Positions 7,712-16,771 of a DNA stretch of 37,975 nt are shown here, piece after piece. Origin of the DNA: Acidimicrobiia bacterium (GTDB lineage: Bacteria; Actinomycetota; Acidimicrobiia; Spongiisociales; SHLN01); NCBI GenBank assembly GCA_041619515.1, contig JBFKDW010000021.1, positions 1-37,975 of the forward strand, read 5' to 3'. The position numbers and the translations under genes were made by a program. A model generated the notes under the pieces. It saw nothing but the letters and a program-made list of their open reading frames with translations. It did no database searches and was not told the origin of the DNA. Each line of letters begins with the position of its first letter. Positions within the stretch are counted from its first letter, which is position 1.

Positions 7712-9304
7712 CTACGCCACCATTTCTGTGACAAAGCGGAAGAGCTTGACGGGACGCTGGACGCCCTTCAGGTTCCGTTCTCCGGCCGGCTCGGCTGTCG
7801 CCAGCTCGGATGGCAGCAGGGCGTAGGTGCGCTCGGAGATGAGAATCTCACCGGGGCCGGCGTCACCGGAGAGCCGGGATGCCAGGTTGACGTGGTTTCC
7901 CATGACGGTGTAGTCCATGCGGGTGGGGGAACCGAAGTTGCCGACCGTGACGAACCCCGTGGAGATCCCGATGCCGGCCGTGATGTTCATGAGCGCCTCG
8001 CTGGCGAGGCTCTCTCGCAGCGTGTGCAGCTCGCGCTGCATCTCCAGCGCCATGCGCACGGCCCGTTCGGCGTGATCGGCCTGAGGGAGCGGGTCGTTGA
8101 AGAACACCATCAGAGCATCCCCTATGTACTTATCGAGGGTCCCCTCGTATTTGAACACGATGTCTGTCATGGTGGTGAGGAATCGGTTCATGCTCGTGCT
8201 CATCTCCTCGGGCTCTGCCGACTCCGAGATGGCGGTGAAGCCGCGGATATCGACAAAGGCGATCGAGAGCTCGGCTCTCCGTGATTCACCCATGCCCCGG
8301 TTGCCGGCAATGATGGCTTCGGCCACCTGCGGGGACAGATAGCGGCGGAGCAGGGAAGTGTTCTCGATGAGTGCGACCTGTTCGTCGATAGTGGTTTGCA
8401 GATCGCGGTTGACGGTCTCGAGCCTGCCGTAAAGCGTTTCGAGCTGCGTGCTGGCTCGATTGACGTTGTCGGACAGGGAGCCGAATTCGTCGCGGTTCGG
8501 GACGTCGATCCGTGCGGAGAAATCCCCGCTGGCGAGAGCATCGAGGGCGAGATCGATCTTGCGGACCGGCCCGATGACAGACCAGGAGATGATGGCACCG
8601 AGGGCAACGGCCCCGAGCAGGCTCATAGCGGAAAAGATCGTCAAGGCCACCGTCAGGAACTGCCGGTCGCTCCCGAACCCACGTACCTCGGTGGCGACCA
8701 GAGTCTCGGTGTCCTGAATGAAGTCGTTGACGAGATCTTCGAGCTCGTGGCTGATTTCGTGCTCGGACAGGATGTGGACCTGCAGCGCACCCTCTTTGTC
8801 ACCGGCGGCTATCAGGGATTCAACGCGAGCACCGGCATCGGCGTAGCGGGCCTCGATGGCCCGCACGTCGTCGAAGAGACTTCCGTGATCACCGATTGCT
8901 ATTCGCTCGGTCTCATCCACGAGGTTGGTGAAGGTTGCCTTGGATGCGACGATCTTGTCGGTCCACACCGGTTCGTCTGTCAGCAACGCCATCGTGCGGA
9001 AATGCGACTGGGCGGTAACGCTGTACAGCATCACCCGGGCCTTGTCCGATTGTTGCTGCAATGTGGAGAGCCGGTCAACCTGGCTGTCCATCCGGTTGAC
9101 GACGAACAGCGCGACGATCCCGAGGCCAAGCATCAGGAGAGAAATCACCAGGAAGCCGCCGAGGAGTTTGGTCTCCAGTCCGGCATCGATCCGCGCCACA
9201 TAATTGACAAACGGGCGCAGCAACGCTGGGGCTCCCTTGGTGGAGCGATTCTCCGGCGGGGATCCGTCGGACATTTCGGGCGGGGCGGGTGCGACCGTGG
9301 CCAT
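7712..9304 (-). CDS. Membrane-bound class III adenylate cyclase (TM, four-helix extracellular sensor, TM, HAMP, cyclase)
   Basis: Two TM helices, HAMP (VIGPVRKI...GDFSARIDVPNRDEFGSLSDNVN), catalytic FVDIRGFT, TLDKYIGDALM (Lys) and RMDYTVMGNHVNLASRL (Asp) indicating ATP specificity. Start placed at ATG 9304 (AGGA upstream) because the ORF-track start 9622 overlaps the next gene. Confidence 0.88.
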   Translation of the reverse strand: MATVAPAPPEMSDGSPPENRSTKGAPALLRPFVNYVARIDAGLETKLLGGFLVISLLMLGLGIVALFVVNRMDSQVDRLSTLQQQSDKARVMLYSVTAQSHFRTMALLTDEPVWTDKIVASKATFTNLVDETERIAIGDHGSLFDDVRAIEARYADAGARVESLIAAGDKEGALQVHILSEHEISHELEDLVNDFIQDTETLVATEVRGFGSDRQFLTVALTIFSAMSLLGAVALGAIISWSVIGPVRKIDLALDALASGDFSARIDVPNRDEFGSLSDNVNRASTQLETLYGRLETVNRDLQTTIDEQVALIENTSLLRRYLSPQVAEAIIAGNRGMGESRRAELSIAFVDIRGFTAISESAEPEEMSTSMNRFLTTMTDIVFKYEGTLDKYIGDALMVFFNDPLPQADHAERAVRMALEMQRELHTLRESLASEALMNITAGIGISTGFVTVGNFGSPTRMDYTVMGNHVNLASRLSGDAGPGEILISERTYALLPSELATAEPAGERNLKGVQRPVKLFRFVTEMVA

Positions 9305-9407
9305 CCCTGGTCCTGAGTTTGGAATTGGTCCCACCACACTACGCGAGCCACGGGTCCGGTGAGGCCGAGCGCCAGCGACGGCTATGAGCCTCCTGGCGCC
9401 ATCATTT

Positions 9408-11087
9408 CTAGCTGAAACGCAGCTCGGCCCAGGCACCGACCGGAACGGCCGGGCTGTCAGGGTGAACGGGCTCCACCGCCCGGTACGGCTCCCCGGCGGG
9501 AGGGCGCGGGTCCGTGCCACCCCGGTTGGGCCAGAACGACATGGCGCGCTCGGCGAGAGCGGTGATGGTGAGCGACGGGTTGACTCCGAGATTGGCGGCG
9601 ACGGCGGCACCATCGGCCACATGCAACCCGGGGTAGGAGAACACCCGGTGGTACGGGTCGATGACGCCCGAGTCGGGGGAATCGCCGAGGCAGGCTCCGC
9701 CCAGTATGTGCGCCGTCATGGGTATGTTGAGCACCACTTCGTTGACCGTGCTCCCCGCATCGCCGTCCATGTGCTCGGCGGCGGCCCTGGCGGCCTCATT
9801 GGCCACCGGGAGGTAGCGGGGGTTGGGTTTGCCGGTGTCGTGAGCCGACGTGAGCCGGGTCCCGAACAGCCCCCGCTTGCGGAATACCCGCAGGCTGTTG
9901 TCGATGCTCTGCATGACCAGCAGGATGACGGTGCGCTCCGACCAGCGTCGAACCGACAGAGAACGGAGAAAGGTCACCGGGTGGCGGACGGCCGTCGCCA
10001 CCAGTCGCAGCCAGCGCGGCGCGCGTCCGCCGCCGTCGACCAGCACAGTGGAAAGCAATCCCATCGAGTTGCTGCCTTTCGGGTACCTGACCGGCTCGAT
10101 GGTCGTGTCGGCATCAGGGTGAATCGAGGAGGTGATGGCAACACCGTGGGAATGGTCGATCTCGGCCGAGCGGGCGGATGCGCCGGTGATGGCTTCCGAG
10201 TTGGTACGGACGAGGTAGCCGAGACGGTCCGACAGGCCGGGAAGCCGGCCGCCGTCGCGCAGTTGCATCAGCAGCCTGGTGGTCCCGAGGGCTCCGGCGG
10301 CGAACACCACCTGCTCGGTGGTGTAGGTCCGGGTGCGCCGCAGCGGCGACAGCCCCGGCTTGCGGGCCGTCAATCGGTATCCGCCGCCCTCGAGAGCTTC
10401 CAGGTCGATCACTTGATGGTCCGGGTGGACGACGGCGCCGAGCCGCTCGGCGAGGTAGAGATAGTTCTTGTCGAGCCGGTTCTTGGCGTTGTAACGGCAG
10501 CCGACCATGCAGCCGCCGCAATGGACGCACCCCGCCCGGGCCGGGCCCTGCCCTCCGAAGTATGGATCCGGCACCTCCTCGCCCGGGGTACCAAAATGCA
10601 CGGCCACCTCGTTGAGATGGAAGGTGTGCTCCACCCCGAGGCTGCGCCCGACGGCCCGCATCACCTGGTCGGCGTTGGTCTCGAACGGGACCCGCTCGGC
10701 TCCCAGCATTCTCCGCGCCAGGTCGTAGTAGGGGGCCAGCTCCTTCTTCCAGTCGGTGATGTGGCTCCATTGCGGGTCATTGAAGGCGTCGTCAAGCGGC
10801 TCGTAGCACACGTTGGCCCACACCAGCGAACCTCCGCCCACACCGGCGCCCGACAAGATGAGGACGTCGCGGAGCAGGGTCAGGCGCTGAATCCCTCGCA
10901 GCCCGAGCCGTGGGAACCAGAAGAACTTGCGGAGGTTCCAGCTCGACTTGGGCAGCGTGTCGTCCCGGTAGCGGCGGCCGGCCTCCATGACTCCCACGCG
11001 ATAGCCCTTCTCCGTGAGCCGGAGGGCGGAGACGCTTCCCCCGAAACCGCTTCCGATGATCGCCACGTCGTAGTCGAACGAGGTCAT
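9408..11087 (-). CDS. choD: GMC-family FAD oxidoreductase, cholesterol oxidase (ChoD)-like
   Basis: DYDVAIIGSGFGGSVSALRLTEKGYRVGVMEAGRR, GAGVGGGSLVWAN, CVHCGGCMVGCRYNAKNRLDKNYLYLAE, TAHILGGA, ANLGVNPSLTITALAERAM. Confidence 0.8.
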   Translation of the reverse strand: MTSFDYDVAIIGSGFGGSVSALRLTEKGYRVGVMEAGRRYRDDTLPKSSWNLRKFFWFPRLGLRGIQRLTLLRDVLILSGAGVGGGSLVWANVCYEPLDDAFNDPQWSHITDWKKELAPYYDLARRMLGAERVPFETNADQVMRAVGRSLGVEHTFHLNEVAVHFGTPGEEVPDPYFGGQGPARAGCVHCGGCMVGCRYNAKNRLDKNYLYLAERLGAVVHPDHQVIDLEALEGGGYRLTARKPGLSPLRRTRTYTTEQVVFAAGALGTTRLLMQLRDGGRLPGLSDRLGYLVRTNSEAITGASARSAEIDHSHGVAITSSIHPDADTTIEPVRYPKGSNSMGLLSTVLVDGGGRAPRWLRLVATAVRHPVTFLRSLSVRRWSERTVILLVMQSIDNSLRVFRKRGLFGTRLTSAHDTGKPNPRYLPVANEAARAAAEHMDGDAGSTVNEVVLNIPMTAHILGGACLGDSPDSGVIDPYHRVFSYPGLHVADGAAVAANLGVNPSLTITALAERAMSFWPNRGGTDPRPPAGEPYRAVEPVHPDSPAVPVGAWAELRFS

Positions 11088-11233
11088 GACCCCAGGCTAC
11101 CGGCCACCGGGTCGCCTCCACCCGGCACTCGACTCGAGTGCCCCATCCGGGACTAGATCGCACTGCCGAACGGCCCTGGCCGCCGGTGCCCACGTCTCAT
11201 ACGCTCGAAACGCAGCAAGTCGAGGAGACACTG

Positions 11234-12616
11234 ATGAGCCACCCGAGCTGGGCCGAACCGTGGAAGATCAAGATGGTCGAGCCACTGCGAATGACCTCCC
11301 GGTCCGAGCGTGAGCGCGCCATCCGGGAGGCGGGGTACAACTCCTTCCTGCTCCGCTCCGACGACGTCTACATCGACCTGCTCACCGACTCGGGCACGTC
11401 GGCCATGTCTGACAACCAATGGGCGGGGCTCATGCTCGGAGACGAGGCCTATGCGGGCTCGCGGTCCTTCTACCACCTCGTCGATGCCGTCCACGAGGTC
11501 TACGGCTACGAGGAGATCATTCCCACTCATCAGGGACGAGGCGCCGAGCACATTCTGAGCCAGATCCTCATCGAGCCCGGGGACGCGATTCCCGGGAACA
11601 TGTATTTCACCACCACTCGCTTCCATCAGGAGTACGCGGGAGGGACCTTCATCGACGTGATCATCGACGAGGCTCACGAGCCCGACAGCCTCCACCCGTT
11701 CAAGGGCAACATCGACCTCGCCAAGCTGGCGGCTGTGGTCGACGAGTACGGGGCCGACCGGGTGCCGTATGTGTCGTTCGAGACCAACGTGAACATGGCC
11801 GGCGGGCAGCCCGCCTCCATGGCCAACCTGCGTGAGGTCTACGAGTACTGCTCGGGGCGCGGCATCCTCGTGATGCTCGACGCCACCCGGGCGCTCGAAA
11901 ACGCCTATTTCATCCAGCAGCGTGAGCACGGCTACGCCGACCACTCGATCCACGACATCCTGCGCGAGATCTGCTCGAATTCCGACGGGGCCACGGTCTC
12001 GTCCAAGAAGGACAACCTCGTCAACATCGGCGGGTTGCTGCTGCTGCGCGATCCCGAGCTGGCTCGCCGCGCCCGGGCGCTCCTCGTCGCATTCGAAGGT
12101 CTCCACACCTACGGCGGCATGTCGGGCCGGGACATGGAGGCGCTCGCCCGGGGCATCGAAGAAATGGTGGCTTCCGACGATCACGTCCGCTCCCGCGTCG
12201 GTCAGGTCGAATACCTGGGCGACGGGCTCATCAAGCACGGGATTCCCATCGTGCGGCCGGTTGGCGGCCACGCGGTCTTTCTCGACGCCCGATCCATTCT
12301 CGACCACCTGCCCCAGGACCACTTTCCGGCGGCTGCCCTCACGGCCGCCATCTATCTGGACGCCGGGGTGCGGGGCATGGAACGCGGCACTGTCTCGGCC
12401 GGGCGCGACACGAGGACGGGCGAGAACCATCATCCCAAGCTCGAGCTCACCCGGCTCGCCGTCCCACGCCGGGTCTACACCCAGTCGCACATGGACGTGA
12501 CGATCGAGTCGATCGCCCGGGTCCACGAGAACCGCGCGGCCGTGCCCGGTCTCCGTTTCACTTACGAGCCGGACGAGTTGCGGTTCTTCCAGGCACGTTT
12601 CGAACCCGTCCCCTAA
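11234..12616 (+). CDS. tpl: Tyrosine phenol-lyase (PLP beta-eliminating lyase)
   Basis: IDLLTDSGT, GDEAYAGS, PTHQGRGAE, SSKKD (PLP lysine). TPL-type rather than tryptophanase-type residues: NMYFTTTR, MERG, LRFF. Start at ATG 11234 after GAGGAG. Confidence 0.88.
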   Translation: MSHPSWAEPWKIKMVEPLRMTSRSERERAIREAGYNSFLLRSDDVYIDLLTDSGTSAMSDNQWAGLMLGDEAYAGSRSFYHLVDAVHEVYGYEEIIPTHQGRGAEHILSQILIEPGDAIPGNMYFTTTRFHQEYAGGTFIDVIIDEAHEPDSLHPFKGNIDLAKLAAVVDEYGADRVPYVSFETNVNMAGGQPASMANLREVYEYCSGRGILVMLDATRALENAYFIQQREHGYADHSIHDILREICSNSDGATVSSKKDNLVNIGGLLLLRDPELARRARALLVAFEGLHTYGGMSGRDMEALARGIEEMVASDDHVRSRVGQVEYLGDGLIKHGIPIVRPVGGHAVFLDARSILDHLPQDHFPAAALTAAIYLDAGVRGMERGTVSAGRDTRTGENHHPKLELTRLAVPRRVYTQSHMDVTIESIARVHENRAAVPGLRFTYEPDELRFFQARFEPVP

Positions 12617-12646
12617 TCGGGCCGTCGGGGGAGACGACCCGAGTCG

Positions 12647-12678
12647 GGAATATGACAATACCTCACTCAGGTTATACT
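12647..12678 (+). promoter_or_regulatory. dnaK control region: SigH/SigR-like promoter overlapping a HAIR-like (HspR) operator
   Basis: GGAAT (12647-12651)-N19-GTTA (12671-12674); TATGACA-N7-ACTCAGG (12651-12671) versus HAIR consensus CTTGAGT-N7-ACTCAAG; TATACT at 12673-12678 could be a SigA -10. Confidence 0.6.
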
Positions 12679-12722
12679 GCTCGAACTGACTAAAGACTCG
12701 ATCACAGAGGAGAAGCAAGCTC

Positions 12723-14567
12723 ATGGCTCGCGCAGTAGGAATCGATCTCGGAACGACCAACAGCGTCATCGCCACCATGGACGGCGGCGAGGCCACGGTC
12801 ATCGCCAACGCCGAAGGACACCGCACCACCCCGTCGGTGGTGGCGTTCTCCAAGAACGGCGAGGTGCTGGTGGGCGAGGTCGCCAAACGCCAGGCGATCA
12901 CCAACCCCGACCGAACCATCCGCTCCGTCAAACGCCACATGGGCCGGGATTGGAGCATCAAGATCGACGAAAAGGACTACACGGCTCAGGAGATCTCGGC
13001 GCGGATTCTCCAGAAGCTGAAGCGCGATGCCGAAGCCTTCCTCGGCCAGCCGGTGACCGAGGCCGTCATCACCGTCCCGGCCTACTTCGGCGATGCCCAG
13101 CGCCAGGCAACCAAGGAAGCCGGCACCATCGCCGGCCTCGAGGTGCTGCGCATCATCAACGAGCCGACGGCTGCCGCACTCGCTTACGGGCTGGACAAGG
13201 AGGAGCACGACCAGACCATCCTCGTGTACGACCTGGGCGGTGGCACGTTCGACGTCTCGGTGCTCGAGATCGGCGAAGGCGTCTTCGAGGTCAAGTCGAC
13301 GTCGGGGGACACGCAGCTGGGCGGCGACGACTGGGACCAGGCGGTCATCGACTGGATGGTCAAAGAGTTCAAGAACGATCACGGCATCGACCTGGGGGCG
13401 GACCCGATGGCGCTGCAGCGCTTGAAGGAAGCAGCCGAGAAGGCAAAGATCGAGCTGTCGAGCGCCCAATCGACCGAGATCAACCTGCCCTTCATCACTG
13501 CCTCCGACGCCGGGCCGCTTCACCTGCAAATGAGCCTCACCCGGTCCGAATTCCAGAAGCTGACCGAGGACCTGGTCGAGCGCACCAAAGCGCCGTTCCA
13601 CCAGGCGATCAAGGATGCCGGGCTCAAGGTCGGTGACCTCGACCACGTCATCCTCGTCGGTGGCTCCATTCGGATGCCGGCCATCCAGGAGCTCGTGAAG
13701 GAGCTGACCGGCAAGGAGCCGCACAAGGGCGTGAACCCAGATGAGGTCGTGGCTGCCGGAGCCGCCCTGCAAGCCGGCGTCCTGAAGGGCGACGTGAAGG
13801 ACATCCTGTTGCTCGATGTGACCCCGTTGACTCTCGGCATCGAGACCAAGGGAGGCGTCTCCACCAAGATGATCGAGCGCAACACCACGATTCCCACCCG
13901 CAAGTCCCAGATCTTCACGACCGATGCCGACAACCAGCCTGAAGTCGAGATCAACGTGCTGCAGGGCGAGCGGGAGATGGCCCAGTACAACAAGTCACTC
14001 GGCCGCTTCAAGCTGACGGGAATACCCCCGGCACCGCGTGGCACGCCACAGATCGAGGTGACGTTCGACATCGATGCCAACGGCATCGTGTCGGTCAATG
14101 CCAAAGACCTCGGGACCGGCAAGAGCCAGGCGATGACGATCACGGGCGGGACCGCATTGTCCCAGGACGAGATCGACCGCATGATGACCGATGCCGAAGC
14201 TCACGCCGAGGAGGACCGCGCCCGACGAGAGGCGGTAGAGGCACGCAACAACGCCGACAACGTGGCCTACCAGACCGAGAAGCTGCTCAAAGAGCACGAG
14301 GAGCTGCTCTCCGACGAGGAGAAGGACGACATCAACCAGAAACTCACCGAGCTGAAGGCGGTTCTCGGCAACGAAGAGGCAGAGGCGAACGAGCTCGCAG
14401 AGAAGGCCGACGCGCTGATTGCGGCATCCCAGGTGTTCGGGCAGCGGATCAACGAGGCAGCCCAGGCCGCCGCCCAGGCCGGTGAAGCCGGCGGTGAGCA
14501 GAGTGCCGACGACGATGACGACGAGGAAGTGGTCGACGCCGAGATCGTGGACGAGGACGATCAATGA
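12723..14567 (+). CDS. dnaK: Molecular chaperone DnaK (Hsp70)
   Basis: [51 protein letters not shown], acidic tail VVDAEIVDE; lacks the diderm subdomain-IB insert. Confidence 0.99.
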   Translation: MARAVGIDLGTTNSVIATMDGGEATVIANAEGHRTTPSVVAFSKNGEVLVGEVAKRQAITNPDRTIRSVKRHMGRDWSIKIDEKDYTAQEISARILQKLKRDAEAFLGQPVTEAVITVPAYFGDAQRQATKEAGTIAGLEVLRIINEPTAAALAYGLDKEEHDQTILVYDLGGGTFDVSVLEIGEGVFEVKSTSGDTQLGGDDWDQAVIDWMVKEFKNDHGIDLGADPMALQRLKEAAEKAKIELSSAQSTEINLPFITASDAGPLHLQMSLTRSEFQKLTEDLVERTKAPFHQAIKDAGLKVGDLDHVILVGGSIRMPAIQELVKELTGKEPHKGVNPDEVVAAGAALQAGVLKGDVKDILLLDVTPLTLGIETKGGVSTKMIERNTTIPTRKSQIFTTDADNQPEVEINVLQGEREMAQYNKSLGRFKLTGIPPAPRGTPQIEVTFDIDANGIVSVNAKDLGTGKSQAMTITGGTALSQDEIDRMMTDAEAHAEEDRARREAVEARNNADNVAYQTEKLLKEHEELLSDEEKDDINQKLTELKAVLGNEEAEANELAEKADALIAASQVFGQRINEAAQAAAQAGEAGGEQSADDDDDEEVVDAEIVDEDDQ

Positions 14568-15229
14568 GTGACGAGACAGGTTCGACCGACGCGGCCCTCG
14601 TAGCCGAGAAGGAGGCTGCGGAACTGGCCAAAGCCCTGCCGGAGGATCCGGCGGCGGCACGCGACCTGCTCCTGGACGAGCTGGTGAGGGCCCGGACCGA
14701 AGCACGCACCTATCTGGAGGACCTCCAGCAGGTGAGCGCAGATTTCGACGGGTTCCGCGCCAACACGGTTCCCCAGGACGAAGCGCAGCAGTATCTGGAC
14801 GACCTGCGGCGGGTGGCGGCGGATTTCGACAACTTCCGCAAGCGCACGCAGCGGGAGATGGCCGACCTCGTCGAACGAGCCAGCCAGCGAGTCGTCTCCG
14901 GGCTGCTGCCGGTTCTCGACAGTTTCGACCTGGCCGTCGCCCACGAGCCCGAGACCGAGACCGAGGCCAACCTCCTCGGTGGCGTCAACGGAACCCGCCA
15001 GCAACTGTTGGATGCACTCGCCCAGGAGGGTCTCGAGGTCATCCCCACCGTCGGGGAGCTGTTCGACCCGGAGATTCACGAAGCGGTGACAATGGAAGGC
15101 ACCTCCGATCATCCGGTTGTGCTCGAAGAACTGCGGCGCGGGTACACGCTGCGGGGGAGGGTGATCCGGGCGGCGCTCGTAGCGGTCGGCGACGATGACC
15201 CGGGTGGACGGGAAGGCAGCGATGGATAG
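14564..15229 (+). CDS. grpE: Nucleotide exchange factor GrpE
   Basis: [55 protein letters not shown] overlap with dnaK. Confidence 0.96.
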   Translation: MSDETGSTDAALVAEKEAAELAKALPEDPAAARDLLLDELVRARTEARTYLEDLQQVSADFDGFRANTVPQDEAQQYLDDLRRVAADFDNFRKRTQREMADLVERASQRVVSGLLPVLDSFDLAVAHEPETETEANLLGGVNGTRQQLLDALAQEGLEVIPTVGELFDPEIHEAVTMEGTSDHPVVLEELRRGYTLRGRVIRAALVAVGDDDPGGREGSDG

Positions 15230-16337
15230 GGAGTGGTTCGAGAAGGACTTCTACGCCATTCTGGGCGTACCGAAGACCGCCTCGGACGCCGAGATCAAGA
15301 AGGCGTATCGCAAGCTGGCGCAGCAGCACCATCCCGACGCCAATCCCGGCAACACTGCCGCCGAGGAGAGATTCAAGGAGGTCTCCCACGCCTACTCGGT
15401 GCTCTCGGACAAGGAGACCCGCAGGCAATACGACCAGGCCAAGGAGCTCTACGCCTCCGGCGGCGGGTTCGGAGGGAGGCCGGGCGGCCCGGGTGCCGGG
15501 TTCCAGGCCGAAGATCTGGGCGACCTGCTCGGGGGCTTCGGCGGCCTCGGGGACCTGTTCGGGGGCCGCGGCCGGCGGGGTGCGGGGCCCATCCAGGGCG
15601 AGCACCTCTACAGCACGGTGAACCTCGCGTTCACCGAAGCCATAACGGGAACCACCGCCACCGTTGCCGTTGACGGACCGAGCATCTGTCGTACCTGTTC
15701 GGGAACCGGCGCCGAGCCGGGAAGCACGACTACGACCTGCCCGCGTTGTGGAGGGACGGGAGCCATCGCCCTGGGGCAAGGCATGTTCTCCATCAGCCAG
15801 GCATGCGATCTGTGTCACGGCACCGGCCGCACCGTCTCCACGCCGTGTCACACCTGCGGAGGACGAGGAACCCAGAACCGGGTGCGGTCGATCAAGGTGC
15901 GCATCCCGGCCGGGATCAAGAACAACGCGACCATTCGTGTGCCCGGCAAGGGCGCACCCGGGCGCAACGGCGGACCGCCCGGAGACCTGCACGTGCAAGT
16001 GAACGTCGGGCGCCACCCGTTGTTCACCCGGCGCAAGAACAATCTTCGTGTGACCGTGCCCGTCACGTTCACCGAGGCCGCCCTCGGCGCCGACATCGCC
16101 GTACCCACCCTCGACGGACAGGTACGGCTGCGCATCCCGGCGGGTAGTGACAGCGGCAAGACCTTCCGAATCAAAGGCAAGGGGGTTCCCAGCGCCAAGA
16201 ACGGGGTGGGCGACTTGCTCGCCACCATCGAGGTGGCCGTGCCCGACAAGCTGGACGAGGAAACGCGCCGGCTGCTGGAAGAGTTGAAATCACGCGAGCC
16301 GGCCGACGTCCGATCTCACCTGGGGGTGACATCATGA
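15222..16337 (+). CDS. dnaJ: Chaperone DnaJ
   Basis: [19 protein letters not shown] motif, G/F region, four CxxCxGxG repeats; start chosen at ATG 15222 overlapping the grpE end. Confidence 0.97.
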   Translation: MDREWFEKDFYAILGVPKTASDAEIKKAYRKLAQQHHPDANPGNTAAEERFKEVSHAYSVLSDKETRRQYDQAKELYASGGGFGGRPGGPGAGFQAEDLGDLLGGFGGLGDLFGGRGRRGAGPIQGEHLYSTVNLAFTEAITGTTATVAVDGPSICRTCSGTGAEPGSTTTTCPRCGGTGAIALGQGMFSISQACDLCHGTGRTVSTPCHTCGGRGTQNRVRSIKVRIPAGIKNNATIRVPGKGAPGRNGGPPGDLHVQVNVGRHPLFTRRKNNLRVTVPVTFTEAALGADIAVPTLDGQVRLRIPAGSDSGKTFRIKGKGVPSAKNGVGDLLATIEVAVPDKLDEETRRLLEELKSREPADVRSHLGVTS

Positions 16338-16699
16338 GTAGCGAGGAAGCCGTCTACATCATCTCGGTGGCGGCCGAGCTGGCCGGCATCCACCCCCAGA
16401 CCCTGCGCATCTACGAGCGGCGGGGGCTGCTGAGCCCGTACCGTACCCCCGGCGGCACTCGCCGCTACTCCGAGGAGGACCTCGAGCGGCTTCGTGCCAT
16501 TCAATTGCTGACACAGGCCGGCATCAACCTGGAAGGTGTGAAGCGGATTCTGGAGCTCGAAAGCGCCGTCGACGCACTCCAGTCCCAACTCGACAAGATA
16601 AAGGCCCAACTGGCCGAAGCGAGAGCCGACGCCTCCGAATCCCTGTCGAGCCTCCCCGATATCCTCCGGCCCACCCTGCAGGAACTCCTTGACGGATAG
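16334..16699 (+). CDS. hspR: Heat-shock repressor HspR (MerR family)
   Basis: VYIISVAAELAGIHPQTLRIYERRGLLSPYRTPGGTRRYS...GINLEGVKRILELE; canonical position after dnaJ with ATGA overlap. Confidence 0.96.
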   Translation: MSSEEAVYIISVAAELAGIHPQTLRIYERRGLLSPYRTPGGTRRYSEEDLERLRAIQLLTQAGINLEGVKRILELESAVDALQSQLDKIKAQLAEARADASESLSSLPDILRPTLQELLDG

Positions 16700-16737
16700 T
16701 CGGGACCGGCGGCGCCGCATCGGCACCCGTTCGGCCG

Positions 16738-16766
16738 GGAACCGCCGGAGGCCCGGCACCGTCTGA
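16738..16766 (+). promoter_or_regulatory. Putative ECF sigma promoter for a leaderless transcript
   Basis: GGAACC (16738-16743)-N16-CGTCTGA (16760-16766), ATG 5 nt later at 16772 with no Shine-Dalgarno. Confidence 0.45.
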
Positions 16767-16771
16767 TCCGT

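Noticed and set aside
9312..9332. CCTGAGT as a possible HAIR arm upstream of the adenylate cyclase
   Set aside because: No matching second arm at N7; overlaps the RBS region.
9305..9622. N-terminal extension of the adenylate cyclase ORF
   Set aside because: Overlaps the choD 3' end, low-complexity translation, better start with RBS at 9304.
11234..12616. Annotation as tryptophanase (tnaA)
   Set aside because: Diagnostic residues are TPL-type and no tnaC-like leader is visible.
9384..12961. Long opposite-strand ORFs 9384..11156 (+) and 11153..12961 (-)
   Set aside because: Antisense to choD, tpl and dnaK; stop-poor shadows expected at high GC.
12702..13772. 356-aa antisense ORF over dnaK resembling database 'NAD-specific glutamate dehydrogenase' entries
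   Set aside because: Well-known spurious antisense frame of hsp70 genes produced by codon bias and DnaK conservation; lacks real GDH motifs.
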